NCBI GenBank assembly: GCA_026914245.1
Contig: CP110439.1
Span: 4,650,001-4,714,000 of the forward strand
Direction: 5' to 3'
Length of the DNA: 64,000 nucleotides
Source: Puccinia triticina
Taxonomy: Eukaryota
A model generated the notes under the pieces. The model ran no database searches. It saw nothing but the letters and a program-made list of their open reading frames with translations, and was not told the DNA's origin. The position numbers were made by a program, and so were the translations under genes. Positions 60,519 to 64,000 of the stretch are shown one piece after another (the stretch's first letter is position 1; each line of letters opens with the position of its first letter).

Positions 60519-61009
60519 GATTGTCAGTCTGTTGGATTTGCAAAAAAAGATTCCTCTTTCTTAGCTGGGAACTTGGTGTTGGGTTGTGATTGGCGAAGGT
60601 TGTAGATTCTTGGGTTCTGGTGTTGATACAGCTGGCCGGTACCGGTTGTTCCTGGATCAACTAGGTTTGAGAATCTGGTTGCTGCAATCCGACTGCGGAG
60701 CGCGGCAGCCTTCTTGGGCCGAGCGCACTTCCCCTTGCTCTCCAGTTCCCTCCCCGCGCTTGCGCGCGGAGTGTGGCCTACTGAGTTTACGCGTCTTGGA
60801 CTCGGCCCACCTCCCGCTTTGCTCCCGGTAAGCACCCAAGAAAATTACTCCGCATCAGAAGACCTCAACAAGACAGAGAAGTCTGCGGCGGAAAAATCAT
60901 TAAGAAGCGTGTTTTATTTATGAACTCTGTCTCTGTTTAGAATATAACTGACAGAGTGGCTGCTTTATTTTGGGAAAAACTTTCCCTTGGTTTGTGTGAT
61001 TACAAGACT

Positions 61010-64000
61010 GATAAACCAAATGAAGATTATGACTATGATCAAGTTTCAGACAACGGATCAGTCAATATTCAACCTAGAGAAGTGAAATAGAAGGAGGAAA
61101 AGTTTGCTGATGTGGCCAACTATTTCCATGATCCATTTTTCAAGGAAGGCAAAGCGGAAAAGGGTGGAGAGCCCTTGAATTACCGGTGTTGCTGGTGTCA
61201 CAAGGTTTACCATGGACCCGGCTCGACAGATGGAAATCTCCCTATGCATTGTGACAGCTCCAATCAAGCCGGCAGGAATGCTAAGGGCTGCCCCAAAAAT
61301 AATGAAGCTAAGGCTTCCGGCATGAAATTACAGCCTTTGATAGACAAGAAGCGGCTAATTGATGGAAAACAAACCCCAATGAGCACGTTTCTTCAAACAA
61401 AGCCCGTCTTTGTCAACTGTGTCTTGAACCAGATCATTATGATCTGGCAAGTAAGACAGACAATTGCATGGGCCCAAATTGAAGACTCAATCCTTTGTGC
61501 GGCGTTCTTATATGCAAACCCCAACTCTTTGGTAAACAACGGTCGGCAGAAGAATCTAAGAGGCTTTATTGTATGTTGAAGACTACCGTGTTTGAGGATT
61601 TAAAGGTCAGATCAATTCATTGTACTAAAAACAATGTGATAATCTGCTTATCCATGTTTTTTGGTTTCTTTGAACAGAAACTTGACACTAAATTTACCCT
61701 CATCCACGATGTTTGGATGACTAAGGGTAATAGATCTGCCTTCATTGGCGCGGCGGTGGCTTACGTTGACTCCAACTGGGATTATGTTTTTCATCATATT
61801 CCCCTCAAAATGATCCCTTGGAAGCACCACGGGAATCTACTAGCCCATCCAATTGCCGCTCTCCTGAAGAAACATGATCTTTACAAGAAGATGTTAGCGC
61901 AGACAACTGATTCTGGCTCCAACAACAATATCATGGCCAGCGCCATGTATCTTCTCCTGAACAATAATAACCCGTCGAAGGAATCCGATGACTCTTGGGA
62001 CCCAGCCAGCATGCACATTAAGTGCTTCTGTCATAAGCTCGCTTTGATCGTGAATGCCGGCTTGTATTTGTTGTTGCTTAAAACTTTGCCTCCTGGGAAG
62101 GCTAAGGAATCAGTCCTTGGATTCTTCCCTGTCTTCAGAAAGGTACTTGAGGAGGATGAAACTGAATTAGCCAATGGAGCTCCTGAAGTCAAACTAGCCC
62201 CCGGTCCAAAGACAAACCCAGCTGAATTGGAAGAAAATGATGAGGAAAAATGGCAAAGCAACTACGGCAATGCCAACAATATTTCCAACAATGATTCTGC
62301 TTCTTCTGTCAATAAGAATCAAGGCGTAACCACTGGCACCACTAACATTGTGAAAACAGCTATCCAAGGCGAGCATTCTAAGACAACAAAGCTCCAAGAA
62401 CGCATCTCAAAGCTTGATGTTGTGATCAAGCAGATAACTCAATCAGCCGCCCGGCGCGCCAACTTTGAAAGAGTGGCTGAAGAAATGAATGTCAAGGTCT
62501 CCCCGTTGATTGCCGGCTACGGCATCCGCTGGAACATCAAGTACCAGAGCCACCGGAAATTCATTGAAGCGCCGGAAGTTATTGATTGCTTGCTTAAGGA
62601 AGACCAGGGCTGTCAGCCTTAGAGTCAACTCAGCTGACCTAAAGTCTGCCTTTATATACTTTTTACATATGAATTACTTCATATCTTTTTCATCTCAAGA
62701 GATAACCTTGTTTTGACTTCATATTCTGTTTCCTCATTCAATTTTAACCCTAGTTACAACTTACCAATTCTTTGTAACCATACTCCTTCTCTGAGTTATC
62801 ATGCGCAGTTGTGACGTGTCAGCGCTACCAGGCGCGCCAAACCACATGTACATATGTAAATTACATAAGCAAACTGTGAAAATTTTTGCAGTCAGGATCC
62901 CCCTTGCCTGAGGCGGATCTCCAGACTTCAGCACACCAGAACCACACCCCAGATAACCCCAGGATCACCACCAAAGAGTTTACAACACTCCCAGTATACC
63001 TACCGTCACAGGCGCCTAGGATATTGACAGTGAGTAACCTCTTTAACTGAACCTTGTTTATCTCAGAGGTAAAACTCTGTGTCTTGCTTGATCTGCTCTT
63101 TTCTGCTGGCCTTTGCCTCATTCTTGATCACAGGGCTGTCCCTCCTTAACTGCATTCTTTTTCTGTGGTTTTTGTAAGAAACAAACCACATAGGTTTCCC
63201 TTTAAAGAAGCTTGACTATCCAGAAGGAAGCTAAAAAATTGTGACTGGATTAAACTTATCTAATCCAGGATCCCTCCACGTTTCTTTGGTGAGAGGAGGC
63301 TGTAGCACTCTCTAGCACAGCTTGGCAGCACTCTTCTGAAGAGTTAGCATTGCCAGTGGATGTGCATTCCCACCAGAATAACCTTGAATATCTGCTTATC
63401 TTGATCCTGCTCAGTTTCTCTCTCTCTTTCTCTCTCTATTTTATATTTGTATTTTCTTTATCCAAAGAAATCCAAATATTTCCCCCCCTTCTTTCTTGTG
63501 TCCTGTTGTCACTATAGAGACTCAGGCTCACAAGGGCCCAAACCAGCTGGGGCATTTTGACAATGTTTTATTCAAACCTCGTGACTGGAAGAAGATTGAT
63601 AATCTCAACCGCGATCTTGAGGTGTGTACACTGCTCCTTTAATCACATGATTGGTCCTTTTTAACACATGTATCTGGTTTTTTTTTTACCTAGTTTTTTG
63701 TTAAACTTACATCTCATATGGAGGGAAACCAGTCAACCGGTGCCCATGTACTCCCAAAGTACTGGGAGCTCAAAGACCAGTTTTCCACAAAGCTGGGTCG
63801 CGCCAACAAGGAGGATACTTTGTATCCAATGTATCATGCAATGCTCCAAATGGTGCTTAAGTATTTGGACAAAGCCATTGCCTGCGAGACCCTGGTGCTC
63901 GCCAAAATCTTACATCCATGCTTCAGAATGCACATATTTGAGCTCGGGTTTGGAACCGAGAGCATTGAGGTCACCAACTGTCTCAATCTGCTCAATCAAC
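61010..64000 (+). pseudogene. hAT transposase (second copy; frameshifts and an LTR insertion)
   Basis: CCWCHK, IHDVWMT, TTDSGSNN, KCFCHKL, GIRWN; introns at 61606-61677 and 63622-63693. Confidence 0.9.
62611..63532. mobile_element. Solo LTR (922 bp), 5-bp TSD AGGGC
   Basis: TGTCAGCC...GGCTCACA; termini resemble those of 22735-23686; the transposase frame resumes after it. Confidence 0.88.

Larger units (their letters stand above)
49680..60838 (-). mobile_element. DIRS/Ngaro-type retroelement with 153-bp terminal direct repeats and no recognisable tyrosine recombinase
   Basis: Direct repeats at 49680-49832 and 60686-60838; gag-like ORF followed by DIRS-type RT/RNase H. Confidence 0.85.
48861..64000 (+). 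mobile_element. Second hAT transposon (right end beyond the window), interrupted by a DIRS-type element and a solo LTR
   Basis: Candidate left TIR CAGCGCAGGG followed by GTTAC/GTAAC subterminal motifs; transposase homologous to 28739-31933. Confidence 0.75.

Overview
This is eukaryotic DNA made almost entirely of transposable elements. The element families, short fungal-type introns and TpCpG-biased mutation suggest a rust fungus (Pucciniales, Puccinia-like); this assignment is inference. No host gene is supportable. Most junctions can be reconstructed from exact target-site duplications (TSDs). (i) 1-13013: a near-intact Ty3/Gypsy element sits inside a Copia element, which sits inside another LTR. 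(ii) 13244-26035: a 12.8-kb non-coding CACTA foldback element whose interior is a head-to-head array of about 50 copies of a 173-bp satellite, with two monomer types and higher-order repeats. (iii) 26501-45872: a deep nest of CACTA-like element > hAT MITE > gag-only LTR element > Helitron > repeat block > CACTG MITE, with a transposase-coding hAT in the LTR element's PBS. (iv) 48861-64000: a second hAT interrupted by a DIRS/Ngaro-type retroelement that has no recognisable tyrosine recombinase and is flanked by a 144-bp target duplication. The most notable signals are: a nucleosome-sized satellite that has expanded inside a CACTA element; TGTGG-terminated LTR elements whose 4-bp target sites are CpG-centred; a hAT lineage with 7-bp TSDs; a 50-nt tRNA-Tyr-derived PBS; a candidate AT-AC intron; and catalytic Asp codons lost through TCG>TTG changes.
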